DNA of 64,000 bases from Spizellomyces punctatus DAOM BR117 (lineage: Eukaryota), in assembly GCA_000182565.2 (NCBI GenBank), contig KQ257452.1; one strand, 5' to 3'. A program made the position numbers and the translations under genes. The stretch's first letter is position 1. Every line of letters begins with the position of its first letter. Below, in pieces: positions 1 to 12,709 of this stretch. The notes under the pieces were generated by a model, which was given only the letters and a program-made list of their open reading frames with translations, was not told where the DNA came from and did not search any database.

Positions 1-353
1 AGAAATAACGACCGGATCTACATCTATAAAGCCATGCCAGCACCAAAGACAAATTCAACCATCCTGCGACGTCTCTTTTCCACTCGCTCAAATACAAATA
101 CACAACCACAAACAATCAAACCGATGCGTATTCTGATGACGGGAGGTGCAGTCGTGCTGGCTGCACAGATTGGTAGCGAAATCCACTAGAATGTACATTG
201 TATATATATACACACCCGCACACCACATAATTTATTTTTTTGTACGTTGGGGGAGGGAGTTGGGGATACCCAAAGTAATAATACATAACGAGTCTAAAGA
301 GTTATGATGAACAACATCTATGAAAGCAACAGTATATGATACTTTTTGGAAAT

Positions 354-2201
354 TTATCCATCGCCATCAAAGGCCTGTCGACCTCGCGCTCTACTCTGTA
401 CTTGGTCCACTTTGGCGACATATGTAATATACTCGTTCATGTCATATCCTTCACGCACAAACCATCGGACATCATCCACACATTCGGGATACGTTCGTTC
501 AAACAAGTCTTTCAGCATGAAACCGCACTTTTCTGAAAAGCGTTGCATAGGAAGATTGATGCGGCGCGTCAAGAGCCAGACGTAGCGGATGGGTGTAAAC
601 GATTCGCTTTGAATGCGATTCAAGGTTCGTAAGATGAGTTCCTGAGCAATACCTTGGGATTGCACAGATTGCATGACGCCAACTTCCGCCAAGTAGATAG
701 AGTTGGTTGGCAGTTGGTGTTCAGAAGCGCAGACGCCCACGTAGCATCGCTCTGTTGGATTGCATTGTGGTTGCTGTTGTGGTGATTGGCTGGCCTTGCC
801 TGCCCAGACATTGTACTTTTGTGGATCGGCGGCATACGTCCCAGTATCTGATGGTGGGCTGTTGAGCCCCGAGTCTTCGCTTGATGTATCTTGGCTGTCA
901 AACAGAACATGTCGCGTACTCTTTCCCTTCTTTCGTGGAGGATTAATGATCCACCCTGCCGCACAGTACCATATCGACGTGCTTGTCGGTGTAGCTGGGC
1001 GCAGAATATCGGCGAGGGCGTCTGACCAGGCAGCTCGCAAAAAGTTGTTTAAACCAACAAAGGTGGCGAATGCTGGAACTTCGTGCATAACTGATGGCAT
1101 ACATCCAAAAGGTTCAATTTTTGGTGTTCAAAGCCAATAAATGCCTATAAATCTCACCTTTGGGAGTGGCATACAAGGCTAGAAAAGCATCATGATAGAC
1201 TTCTGACAAAAGCTCAAGTTGATCCAGTGGCAAATCCGCTCCCGTATAGACTTGGTAGTGAAGTCTCGCATTCCCGACGCGAACATGGGATAACAGACAT
1301 GTTTTGCGATTTTTCGGGAAGAGTTCAATCGGTCGATATTTCCCCGTCCGATACTATGAATGCCTGTCATGAGGGTCATGCATTCATTCGCAAAAGAAGT
1401 CATTCAAGGCCCCACCTTTCCACCACCTCCACAACTTCCACAGAATCCATACTTTCCCTTACAGTTGAGACAGACTGCCTCTACCGTAATCTCCAACTCC
1501 ACTTCATCATCTGCCAGCGTCCGCACACGTCCACACCCCAACATTTCCTTGCAAATCTCACAATCAACCATTTGGCTCCGTCCGCGCTTTCTACCAATGC
1601 TTGGATATAAAGATCGGTTCATCGTAGGTCCGCCATGACTCGCATTTGCACCGGCGCACTGAGCACACAGAATCTCAATCACAAGCCCTGAATCTAGTAA
1701 TGTTGTGTCTCCTCGGATATTGAAGAGCGCCAACGTGTTCCCGCACTCCAGACATATCCCAGGTTGTTCGACCGTTTTCTTTCGTCTGGCTTCTCTTTTG
1801 CGAGGTGGACATGGTACAGGCGGTGGCGTCAATTGCTTTTGCTTTGATTCTTGTCGTTGTGATGGGACAGAGGGAGTGAGTGGCGTGGGTGGAGTAAAGG
1901 GCGGGACAAGTTGGAGTGTCTGAGGGAAGGAAAAGGTCTGGGGCGGTACAGTTTGGAGTGCTGCGGCTGTCCAGTCAGGAAATGTGGCTTCCCAGAATGG
2001 ATCTGGAACACTGGAAACGTCTAGTGTATGTGTGTAGAGTTGTGTTGTCGGTAGTGTGTAGGGTGCAGTTTGATATTCTGCTTGAATGACAGCTGGGGAG
2101 TACGTCGGGTGCGCTTGAAGCTCAGCAGATGCATTTTCGGCTTCTTGCTGGACTTCCAATAAAAAGTTTGCAATAAAGTCTTGGTCGTCTAGGGGTTGCA
2201 T
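354..2201 (-). CDS. Multi-CxxC zinc-finger protein fused to a C-terminal GNAT acetyltransferase (at least 3 exons)
   Basis: ORFs 1404..2324 and 354..1100 join in frame via introns 1415-1354 and 1157-1091 (both GT-AG) and a middle exon YRTGKYRPIELFPKNRKTCLLSHVRVG...LYATPK. GNAT motif A AEVGVMQSVQSQGIAQELI and motif B NLPMQRFSEKCGF. Start ATG at 2201 assumed (upstream in-frame ATGs to 2324). Confidence 0.75.
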
Positions 2202-2413
2202 GATGCGCTTGATCGCTCTCGCCCTGGACGGGGAGGAAGAAAGAATTGGGCATGCCAAAAAAGCTGAGTTTTCCAAGCAGCAGAACACTTCGGGCGGACC
2301 TGACTTGTGCTGCGCCATAGTCATTTTACTTGTTTTGGATTAAGCACAATGACTGTGCCATCCGTAGAGTTGTTCCACCCAACAGACGCTTCCATTTCGA
2401 ACGGCCAAAAGCC

Positions 2414-3355
2414 ATGCTCATCAAAACGTCCCATGTCGACCTTGCGACATCAACCACCCCCATCCGTGTATTTGTGACTGAGCCGAACCTTCCACAGTAT
2501 CCAAAGGCGAGATTCCCTGCCATTGTCTGTTGGAGCGAGATATACCAAGTAACGGGGCCAGTGTCACGCTTAGCGTCCCAAATCGCATCTCAAGGCTACA
2601 TTGTCGCTTGCCCAAGCGTCTACCATGAATTTGAAGGACCCGAGCCATTAGCTTATGATGAAAAGGGCACAGATAGAGGGAACGAACTCAAGGTTACCAA
2701 AACCTTGGCTGCGTACGATGAGGATTCGCGAGTAGTTGTCGATTGGCTACTTGGTTTAGAAAGATGTACTGGGAGGGTGGGGAGTACAGGAATGTGTTTG
2801 GGCGGGCATTTAGCCTTCAGGGTGAGCTGAATGCATGGGCATGGAGTGCCTCGCGTACGCATCCCGTCATGAACTGACTTGCAGCCGTCCAGACTGCATT
2901 TGATTCACGCGTATCGTCAGCTGTATGCTTCTTTCCTACGGACATTCATAGCCACTCGCTTGGCCAAGGCAAGCAAGACGACTCGTTACAACGTGTGAAA
3001 GCAGGAGATTTGGGCCACGCTGAACTGCTCATGATTTTTGGAAAACAAGTATGTTCTAACATGTAAAGAGTGCGCTATGGATCTCGAGTCTTACTTGCTT
3101 TGACAGGACACGCATGTCCCACGTGCCGGCCGAGACCTTATCCGAGGCACCCTCGAAGACGCAAACGTCACAGTGAGCTGGTGTGAATTCCAGGCGCAAC
3201 ACGCATTCATTCGGGATACGTCGTCCAAGGGTCGATATGATGCGGCATTGACCTCGGTGTGCTTTCAGCAGATGATGGAGTTGTTTTATAGGACTCTGGT
3301 GGTAGATTTGGGAATTAAAGTTGGTGGGAGTGCCAAGTTGGAGCATGTATGTTAA
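2414..3355 (+). CDS. Dienelactone hydrolase family (alpha/beta hydrolase), 3 exons
   Basis: SEIYQVTGP, nucleophile elbow GMCLGGHLAFR, QDTHVP and C-terminal AQHAFIRD..SKGRYD; introns near 2822-2892 and 3049-3105. Confidence 0.9.
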
Positions 3356-3680
3356 ATTGGGAGTTTGGTGAAGGCTGATCGCTCATGGATCTTACGTTAG
3401 CTGCGTGGCGCGGGCATGACGTTGACCGAATTGGCCAATCGCTTGTCTGTCAATTTTTTTGGTTTGAATGAGTCACGTGTTTTCCGATCTTGCAAGTTGC
3501 TTGAAGCTTTTGTGTTTTTCGTTCAAGGTCCGTTTGGCGTGGGGGCATTGGTCTCAGCGACGACGACAACGACGACGATATTGGGCAAGGAGGGGTGTAT
3601 ATTTTCTCATTGAAGGGTCTGTGACTACCCGCTCTATCACGCCAGTTCCCTCAGCCAACATCCCAACTTTTTCGTTGATA

Positions 3681-6600
3681 ATGGCACCGTCTGCAACGAA
3701 AGCTCCCAAACGGGATACCAGTACATTCCGTACCTTGGACCGGCAAAAAGAGTCTATCTTGCCCTCTAAAACCCGACCACACTACCCACGCCTTGCCAAG
3801 CTATCTGCCCCACACGTCGAATCCTTTAATAGCTTGTTTGCATATGGGGGAGTTGGTGCGGGGCTATTGGAGACTGCTGTGGGCGATATTGGCAGAAGAG
3901 TGGTTTTTGATGGGAAGACAGGAGGCGGCCTTGGAGGGAGAAACAAGCTAGAACGTAAGTGCTTTGCATATTATAGGTTCCGATACTGTGTGCCCTGACT
4001 GATGATTGATTCAGTATGGTTGACGAATGTAAATGTTGGTAAACCTTCCATTGAAAACTCTCGTGGAGCTGTCTCCAACCAGCTCTTCCCTTCTGAATGT
4101 CGAGAACGTGGCATATCCTACAAAGCACTCATGCAAGTTCGCTTAAACTGGCGTGTGAACGGAGGGCCCATCCAGTTTGAGATGAAATCTCTTGGAAAAC
4201 TCCCCGTCATGGTTCGGTCCACCCGTTGTAATCTGGATGGAAAAGCCCCACGAGACCTGATCAAACACCATGAGGATCCCGACGAATTTGGAGGATACTT
4301 TATCTCAAACGGGATTGAGAGGTTGATTCGTTTGTTGATTGTCCCGAGACGTAACCATCCTACTGCCATTATTCGATCATCGTACACGAATCGTGGACCG
4401 ACATATTCTCAGTACGGTGTGGCTATGCGATGTGTGCGACCAGATCAGTCATCGCAGACTGTGACATTGCATTACTGTACAGATGGTGCTGTGACATTAC
4501 GATTCTCGTACAGAAAGAACGAGTATATGGTTCCTGTGTTACTGGTTTTGCGTGCTTTGGCGGAAGCGAGTGATAGAGAGTTGTTTGAGCGGCTGACAAT
4601 GGGACAGGCGAACAACACATTTTTGACGGATCGTGTGGAGCTTTTGCTAAGATCTTTCCGTCGCTATGCTGTTCATACTCGAAAACAGTGTCTGTCGTAC
4701 CTCGGCAGCAAATTCGCCGTGATGATGGACTCCCCCGAGGATATGTTTGAAGAGCAGGTCGGAGAGGAGTTTTTGAAACGGGTCGTGCTGGTCCACCTTG
4801 AAGATAGCCGAGAAAAGTTTGACATGCTGATCTTTATGATGCAAAAACTGTATGCTCTGGTAGCAGGAGAATGCGCACCCGATAATCCGGATTCACCTCA
4901 ACATCAGGAGATTCTTTTGCCTGGACACCTCTATCTTGGAATTATGAAAGAGAAGATGGGGGATTGGTTGAGTGCGATCAAGGCACAGATCCAGCAGGAT
5001 TTGAGAAGGATGCCTGCATCTGTAGACTTTTTTGACAAAAAGTATTTGAGCAAGGTGTTTCAAAAAACGGGAGGATCCGCCGACATCGGTCGGAAGATGG
5101 AATATTTCCTAGCGACTGGAAATCTGGTCAGCAATACAGGATTGGATTTGCAGCAAACATCTGGATACACCATCGTTGCTGAAAAGCTCAACTTTTACCG
5201 ATATATCTCACATTTCCGATCTGTCCATCGTGGTTCTTTCTTTGCGGAACTCAAGACAACTACTGTTCGAAAGCTTTTACCCGAGTCGTGGGGTTTCTTG
5301 TGTCCTGTCCATACGCCCGATGGATCTCCTTGTGGTCTTTTGAATCATTTGAGTCATACATGTCGAATTATTGTAGATAAGGTGGATGTTAACAAAATTC
5401 CGGGGCTGGTTGCTTCTCTTGGTGTTGGTCAGATGGGCGGAATGGGCGCGCGGACGATCCGCACAGAGGCGGAAGATGTCCCTGATGACGATAATGCTAT
5501 GGACCTCGATGAAGACGAAGGAGAGGAGGCGGAAGATGAGTTGGATTCGATGGACCCGGTGGTGGAAGTGGGACGGAGACAATACATGACCGTTTCCGTT
5601 CAGCTCGATGGAAAAGTCATTGGATGGTGTAGCGCGCGGTTAGCCGAACAAGTCGCCAGACGTCTCCGACAATGGAAGGTGACAGGGTCCAAACCGGTGC
5701 CCCTCGATTTGGAAATCGGCTACGTTCCTCCAAGTCGAGGCGGACAATACCCTGGCCTGTTCCTCTTCTCTACACCAGCGCGCATGATGCGACCTGTAAA
5801 ATACCTTGCCACAGGTGGCACTGATATGGTGGGACCTTTTGAACAAGTGTACATGGATATTGCATGTTTGAAAGAAGATGTTGTTCCCGGTATTACAACA
5901 CATATCGAATTTACGCCAACGAATGTGTTGAGTGTTGTTGCGAACTTGACGCCATTTTCCGATCATAATCAAAGTCCACGAAACATGTATCAGTGTCAGG
6001 TATGTTCGTAGCATTAGGGTATTTTTTCAGATTTTGTGTTAATTTGTATTTGATCAGATGGGTAAACAATCTATGGGAACACCCGCTCATAATCTACCGC
6101 ACCGAACCGACAACAAACTCTACCGTCTGCAAACGGGACAAACTCCTGTCGTACGACCCAAGCTACATGACGAGTATGGTCTGGATAACTACCCCAACGG
6201 AATGAACGCCGTTGTCGCGGTTATATCTTACACTGGTTATGACATGGAAGATGCTTCCATTCTAAACAAGTCCGCTCATGAGCGAGGATACGGATACGGA
6301 ACCGTTTACAAAAGCGAGTTTATCGACTTGTCTGAGAAGCGACGAAAAGGCGAGCCTATTTCCCATCATTTCGGGCTCTGGGCAACAGACTCTGTTGCAC
6401 GGTTGCCCCCAAAAATTATGAAGGGTGTAATGGAGTTTTTGGATTTGGATGGTCTACCCATCATTGGACGACGATTGACCCAAGGAGATCCGCTTTATGC
6501 CTATGTTGATGACGTTACTGGCAAAGTGACTGTCATGCCCTACAAGGGCATGGAAGATGCATACATAGATGAGGTCCGACTCATCGGGACGGATTCAGGT

Positions 6601-7509
6601 GACCAAGAACTCCAAAAGATTCACATCAAACTCCGTATCCCCCGTCCACCTATCATTGGGGACAAGTTTTCCTCCCGTCACGGACAAAAAGGTGTCATTT
6701 CACAAAAATGGCCGGCAGTCGACATGCCGTTCAGCGAAACAGGTATTATTCCAGACGTGATTATCAACCCGCACGCGTTCCCCTCTCGAATGACGATTGG
6801 AATGTTTGTCGAGTCGTTGGCGGGCAAGAGTGGAGCGTTGCATGGTCGGTCACAAGATGCGACACCTTGGACGTTTTTGGAGGGTGCTGGAGAGTGTGCC
6901 GCAGACTACTTTGGGGAGGAGTTGAAGGATGCTGGGTTTAATTATCATGGGAATGAGGCCATGTATAGCGGTATCACCGGTGGAGAGTTTAAAGCGGATA
7001 TTTACATAGGGGTAAGTTTCGTATTGGATGTTGATCAATTCTGCAAAGCTTTTTTCTCATCTATTTGATTTCCGAATCAGGTTGTCTACTACCAACGGCT
7101 CAGACACATGGTTTCTGACAAGTACCAAGTTCGAACAACCGGTCCCGTCCATAACGTCACACAGCAACCCATCAAGGGCCGTAAGCGAGCCGGAGGTATC
7201 CGTTTCGGAGAGATGGAACGCGACTCTCTCCTAGCCCATGGTGTATCCTTCCTCCTCCAAGATCGACTCATGAATTGCTCTGATTACAGTCAGAGTTGGG
7301 TTTGTGGTGGATGTGGTAGTTTGGTAGGCGTTGGGTTGATGGGCCAGGGTGCAAAGGATGTAGGCACGTCGGTCAGCAGTGGCAAGGCCGTTTGCACCAT
7401 TTGTGGGAATGGTGACAAGGTGGAAGTTGTTGCAGTTCCGTTTGTGTTTAGGTACTTGGTAAGCGAGTTGGTTGGGATGGGTGTAAAATTGAGGCTGACG
7501 GTAGAATAG
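3681..7509 (+). CDS. RPA2: DNA-directed RNA polymerase I second-largest subunit (Rpa135/POLR1B)
   Basis: GGYFISNGIERLIR, VRKLLPESWGFLCPVHTPDGSPCGLLNH, HNQSPRNMYQCQMGKQ, YTGYDMEDA, IGDKFSSRHGQKG, GGIRFGEMERD and a C-terminal Zn ribbon; 3 introns. Confidence 0.97.
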
Positions 7510-7662
7510 GTTGGGAGTTTGGGTGTATTATAGAATCTGATGGTGAATGAATTGACGATATTTACTTTTGCAAAGAAAAGACGGTGGAGTAGATGCAAGG
7601 AGACAAACTTTTGTTCTCACAAATGAAATGCAATAAATCTACGTAAATATAAAACATGCACA

Positions 7663-10379
7663 TCAACAATCGTAACATTCCAATACATTATTCCCCTCCC
7701 CAGTTTCCATTCCTTCCTGCAGAACGCTTTCATCCACATCCAATACTTCCTGATAAATATGCTCAGCGACACATGATTCTCCTAGCCTGTTCATATCCAC
7801 GTCCCGTTTGACTCGCTTTACAAACTCCTCAACTCTCCCACGACTTGCCCTGCCCCTCTTATGGCCCGTTTCTTCCATCTCATCCGTTGTACACTCCATC
7901 GCTACTACTTTGGACAGAAACCGGTACATTTCCTTCCGCACCACCCTCGATGCATCCTCGACACCTGCCAGACACAAGGTATCACCACCAATCTCAAAAA
8001 ACCATCGGTCGTCTTCCTCGGGACTTGCTTCAAATCCCGCATCCCAGATCGCTTCCAATAGCCGTACACCCAAGGCACGAACTTCAGCATCCATATCTTC
8101 CATAACTTGTCGTATGGTTTTTGCATCCAGTAACGAGTGTTCAATCTGAAATAAAATCTTATCGGCTTGCTTCTCTGTGATGAGGTACACGACTACATCA
8201 ACAGAAGCTCGTCGGACAAGAGATTCCGTGTCCTGGAGAGAATTTGTCAACAATTTTGTAAGGAGGGAATGAAGGAGGGAATGAGTCTCTAGGTATACAT
8301 GTCCACGAGGGTTCTCGCTGATGCGCCTTAGGGCTCCGAGGCATGTACACCGCACATAGACATCAACATCGTCCATCCCGTCAAAGATCAATTGTACCAG
8401 ATGATGCGTGAGAGCGAAATCGAGGCAAGGCTTTGAAACAGAATCATGGTCCCATTCAAAAAGTGATCCCATGAATTCTAGGGCGCTATCGCGTACGTCC
8501 CAGCGAGTGTCGGCGAGGAGTTTTGTAAGTGTTTGACTGATGCGCGTTGGGAGTGTGGACAGAACTCGTTTGCTTCGATCAGCGTCGTCAATGATCCATT
8601 TGGTTATATCCAAGCCAAGTTTGATATTTTGGGGTCTTACGGCAGGATTATTGAGACATGATAATAGGCATTCAACGACCTAGTGAAATTGAATGTCAGT
8701 CAAAAATAAACTTGAGTTGATCATCCAAGGCGGATCGTCTTGACCTACCACGCTCCATTCGCAGTCATTATCCCTTTTTAGAATAGTTTTCAAACTGCAG
8801 AGCACCGCTCGAGCAAGTGGGTTATGCTCTTGATAAGGAGTATACGAAAGGGCTTCGAGGGTTATCGCGCGTAGATTGCTCGGATGCTGCCAAATTAATG
8901 CCACATCAATGCCAGCATGCGCATAAAGTGTCACAGTTCTCTGCAACTGACCACAAGACGACTACTATTCAGAATATTTTCCAAGGCCCCAAAAAGGCTG
9001 CACAAAACGCTAAGCTTTCGAATGTTTTTCTGATGTGGGGATACCGAATTTATGGACGACTCTATCTAAATGGACCAGCAAAGTAAGCGTATGCTATCAT
9101 CAACAACTTCATTGATTAAGGTGTCCCATTCACCTGTTGAATTATAGATCTCCCAAAGTTTTCTTCTCCTTTTTCCCAGGGTAACTGCCGAACGTCGTTG
9201 AATTTATCTGCCCTTTCCTGCAACCGCCAGAAAGTCGTCATCAACACTTCCTCTATCCATTCACGTAGTTGAGAATCGTCAGCCCGATCAGCAAGGACAG
9301 CCAAAATCTCCAGTGCATCCAACAGTGTCGGAATATGGTGAAACTTGAGGTGCTCCTGGGATGTCAATGTGCCGCTCATGATCTGGCAGAAAAGCTCAAA
9401 GGCTTTTGTCGCGCTCGCTCCGATGCCAGCGCGTTCGATTGTACCGCAAAGCAACCGATACGGATCAGGAGCCCACACAAAAACCGTTTTTAAAGCATCC
9501 AACACTCTGTTCCTCATTATTCGATCATCATCAGTGAGTAGGCCGCAGCCAGTCTTGACAAGCTCCCCATCACTCAGTGCTGCATAAGCTTTTTCGCTTT
9601 TTGAACCGCATAACCAAAATACGACTTCGACAGCGGCCAGCTTTTCGCTTCCGCCCGCGGTCGGCTGCAACCAGGCTTGCAGTACACGGTACAAATGTCC
9701 AGTGATAATGAGATTTGCAAGCAGGTGATGGTACGGAGTTGGGCCTTTGGGGATTGGATCAGGGTGGTTGATGATGGTGACCAGTAGCTTGCAGGCTGCA
9801 GTAACTACCTATGAAAATCATCAGAATATGAAATGCTCCAACTACAGCAAGTGTTTGACGTACGTAGAGGCTGGGTGATGTCAGTGCACGGTAAAGTATG
9901 TTTGGGAATCTGCCAGTGTCAAGGAGCCTGGAGTTGTCGGTTGAATTCAAATGCCCTAATAAACCGCAGAAGCGTAGCAGAAACGCACACTCCTACCATT
10001 GCGCTGCTGCATCACTTGATAATGCCATTCTCACTGCCTCCAGGCATCCATATAATAGCTGAGGTGGGCATTCTGAATCCAAAGTATCGATCAAGAAATT
10101 CAGCGTCGGGAGATAGTTGGCGTAGATGTGGTTAAAGAGCGGTGGATCTGCGGCGATCAATAGTCCTGTATAAAAGTCTTACTACCTGGATGTGATAATA
10201 AGTAAGTCCATCACAACCTTACCTAGAAAGCGAAGGGAAAGCGATGGTACTCGGTAATCTGAATGCGAAAGACTATTCTATCCATCAAACAGTTAAACAC
10301 CCCGACAAACAAGCGTTCCACTATGCAATAGAAATGTACAAACCTGAACAGCATCCAATGCATCTACCTTCCAGACCAT
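7663..10379 (-). CDS. BRAT1: BRAT1-like ARM/HEAT-repeat protein (multi-exon; 5' end approximate)
   Basis: Last exon has RWDVRDSALEF, DVDVYVR, DTESLVRR, DMDAEVR and terminal NNVLECYDC, matching remembered BRAT1 motifs (WEVRDSALEF ... DLDWEVR ... DCY). Upstream helical exons at 9116-9694, 8680-8946 and others. Confidence 0.75.
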
Positions 10380-10961
10380 CCACTCGACGCAGTCTTTGTT
10401 TCTCACTTGGGACTGCAAGAATGAGAGGAGCTTCTCGTGGCGCGCTGGATCTGCGATACTCTGTTGACTTTTGCCGTTAGCTGACTTTGAAAGTTCACAA
10501 TCGTGATAAGTGTGGTTTTACCAGACCGGATTGAGTTTGGGCAGGGTTGTGAGGATTGCGCGGAGGCGATCCTCTTCTTGCGGTGTGTACAGATGAGCCA
10601 TGATGCGAATGTATCAAAATGCAGTGACGTTGATAGGGAGGTGGATGCCGCTGCGTTCACAACAACCACCCTGTCGCAGGAAACAAACACTATTCAGATG
10701 CCAAAAATGTATTCGGGATCTCTATTACAATTGCGCTTGGTTGCTTCAACGCAACCCTAGTCCCGTTGCATGACAGACTGGGTTGCCTCTGAAGGAATGA
10801 ACACGGCCGTAATGGGAGGAATGAAATGATGGAGTTCCGGGTTCCCAGATATTCAACTTGCAGAATTATCTTAGCAAGCTGCCCAGTATTGTCGTGTCAA
10901 GTGTTCATTACTGCTGTCCATTCACCAGCATTTCCATGTTAATTGAATGGAATGTTGCAAA

Positions 10962-10979
10962 AACCGTTGGGAAACGCGT
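10962..10979. promoter_or_regulatory. Adjacent MSA-like Myb site (rc CCCAACGGTT) and MCB-like ACGCGT about 70-85 bp upstream of the SKA3-like ATG
   Basis: AACCGTTGGG at 10962-10971 and ACGCGT at 10974-10979; function inferred only. Confidence 0.3.
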
Positions 10980-11046
10980 CGATCGTTTCCACCTCCTCCG
11001 GACATCATCTTGTGTGAACCATTGAAGATCTGGAGATCTCTTCGTC

Positions 11047-12645
11047 ATGGATTTTGCATATCTCGATACACTGCTGGCGTGCTCAAAGCGCCTTGACAAG
11101 GACCTTCAGGACCTCGTGTAAGCACCTGTAGTATCTGCACATTACGGCGAGATTGCTAATGGGACTTGTAACCCTAGAGCCACTCTTTCTCTGCCGACGT
11201 CCACTCCCAACGCAGCTCTCCACAGCTCCTTTATTGCGAAGAACCAACAGCGATGCGACGTAATTGCCAAGGCAGTTGAGGCTATGGAGAAAGATACTGG
11301 AGGAAAAACAGGGCGGCGGCCTTCTGCGGAGGAATTGGTGGACGCAGCGGGCGATGCTGTGCTGCAAATGCAACGACAATGCACAAAGGTTATGGAATTT
11401 TTGAAAGAATACGGATATGAGGAGCAAGGTGAGCATTGGAGTTAAGTTTGGTTTGGGTAGGACTGTACCGTAAAACCGGGATTGTCGACCTCGGCAGGAG
11501 GATATCGCGAAGCACAACTTCAACCTATAGCCAGACCTGCGGAGCCACCTGTACCCTCGATATCACATCCGCCACCCTTGCTACCAGATGGTCACCAGTC
11601 GGAAGAAGAAGTTGAACCTCCTTCGTCACCACAAATACCCATTACCATGGCGATTCCGACGACGCCTCGCGCTTCTGGACAAACAGGCACTAAAAAACCT
11701 GCCCGTTCCGCTGCAACAAGTCCCCCAGATAGCCCACTTGCGACTTTGGAAGACTTTGGGCTTTCGTCCTTGAGTCTAGGTCTTTTGGAAGGTTGGTAAC
11801 GGACGTCAATGACAGACTTTTGATGATGCAGATGTAACTTTCTACCATACAGGAGTGACGGATACGCCCTCGTCAGAAGGTCTCTCTTTCCATTCACATC
11901 CAATGTTTGTAGTATAATTGGAGGCCACACGCACCTTGACACGCGAATATTTATCCTTTTGTTTAGAGGAAGAGAATCGATCGACTCTCCTGCTATTCCT
12001 ATCCCAGATTATCATCCCGCAACTTGGAACCAGTCACCGCGCAAACCGAGAAAATCGGATCCAAATTCCATGTTCAATGCTCTTATTGCGCTGGCCGAGC
12101 GTGAGGACTATGAGGCATTGCCCCAGTACTTGAAAGCCCAGATGACATTGGAGGTGCGACAAGGCCCGTTCCCCCATCATGTTAACGCAACGACTAAACT
12201 TGTTTGGTTTCTTGCGTATAGTTTTTGAATGATATGATAACTGGTATGGAAATGAACAGATAAACACTTTGAGGATCTTTCCGACATATGAATGACTTGT
12301 TCCGCCGCGTATAAAGAGATAAATGAAATCCTAACAGGTGCGTCCTGCATATCCCGCCCGACAAGGATGTGGTGGATTTGTTTGTTAATCTTTTTCCTCA
12401 GATAAGCGATTCATGGGAGAAGATCAAGAAGGTGAAGACGTTATAACGATCGAGGAGCTGATGGATGTCACATCAATAGGTATGATATCTCTAGGCATTT
12501 TGTTTGGATATGATATCTGACTTTGCAAGCTGTTACAAAAGATGCGGGGAAGTGTAAAGCAGTTTTTGTTGCCATGCTTCATTTACAGAGATTGGAGGCA
12601 GAGTCTTTGGAGGGAAGCGACGGGAAGCGGTATAGGGTTGTGTAA
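11047..12645 (+). CDS. SKA3: Spindle and kinetochore-associated Ska3-like protein (multi-exon, several microexons)
   Basis: N-terminal helical region ending VMEFLKEYGY; central TLEDFGLS motif in a Pro/Ser-rich linker; C-terminal EDYEALPQYLKAQMTLEFLNDMITEINEIL...KAVFVAMLHLQRL resembling the Ska winged-helix domain. Confidence 0.7.
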
Positions 12646-12709
12646 TATATATTTCCTACTCTTTCCAAATTTTCTTTTTAAAGATTCGAAAAAACAATAT
12701 GGCATAGAA

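Noticed and set aside
1-189. Open frame 1 ending in TAG at 189, possibly the tail of an upstream + strand gene
   Set aside because: Too short and no recognisable motif.
1404-1406. TGA right after a Cys-rich motif, a possible selenocysteine or readthrough codon
   Set aside because: It lies inside intron 1415-1354.
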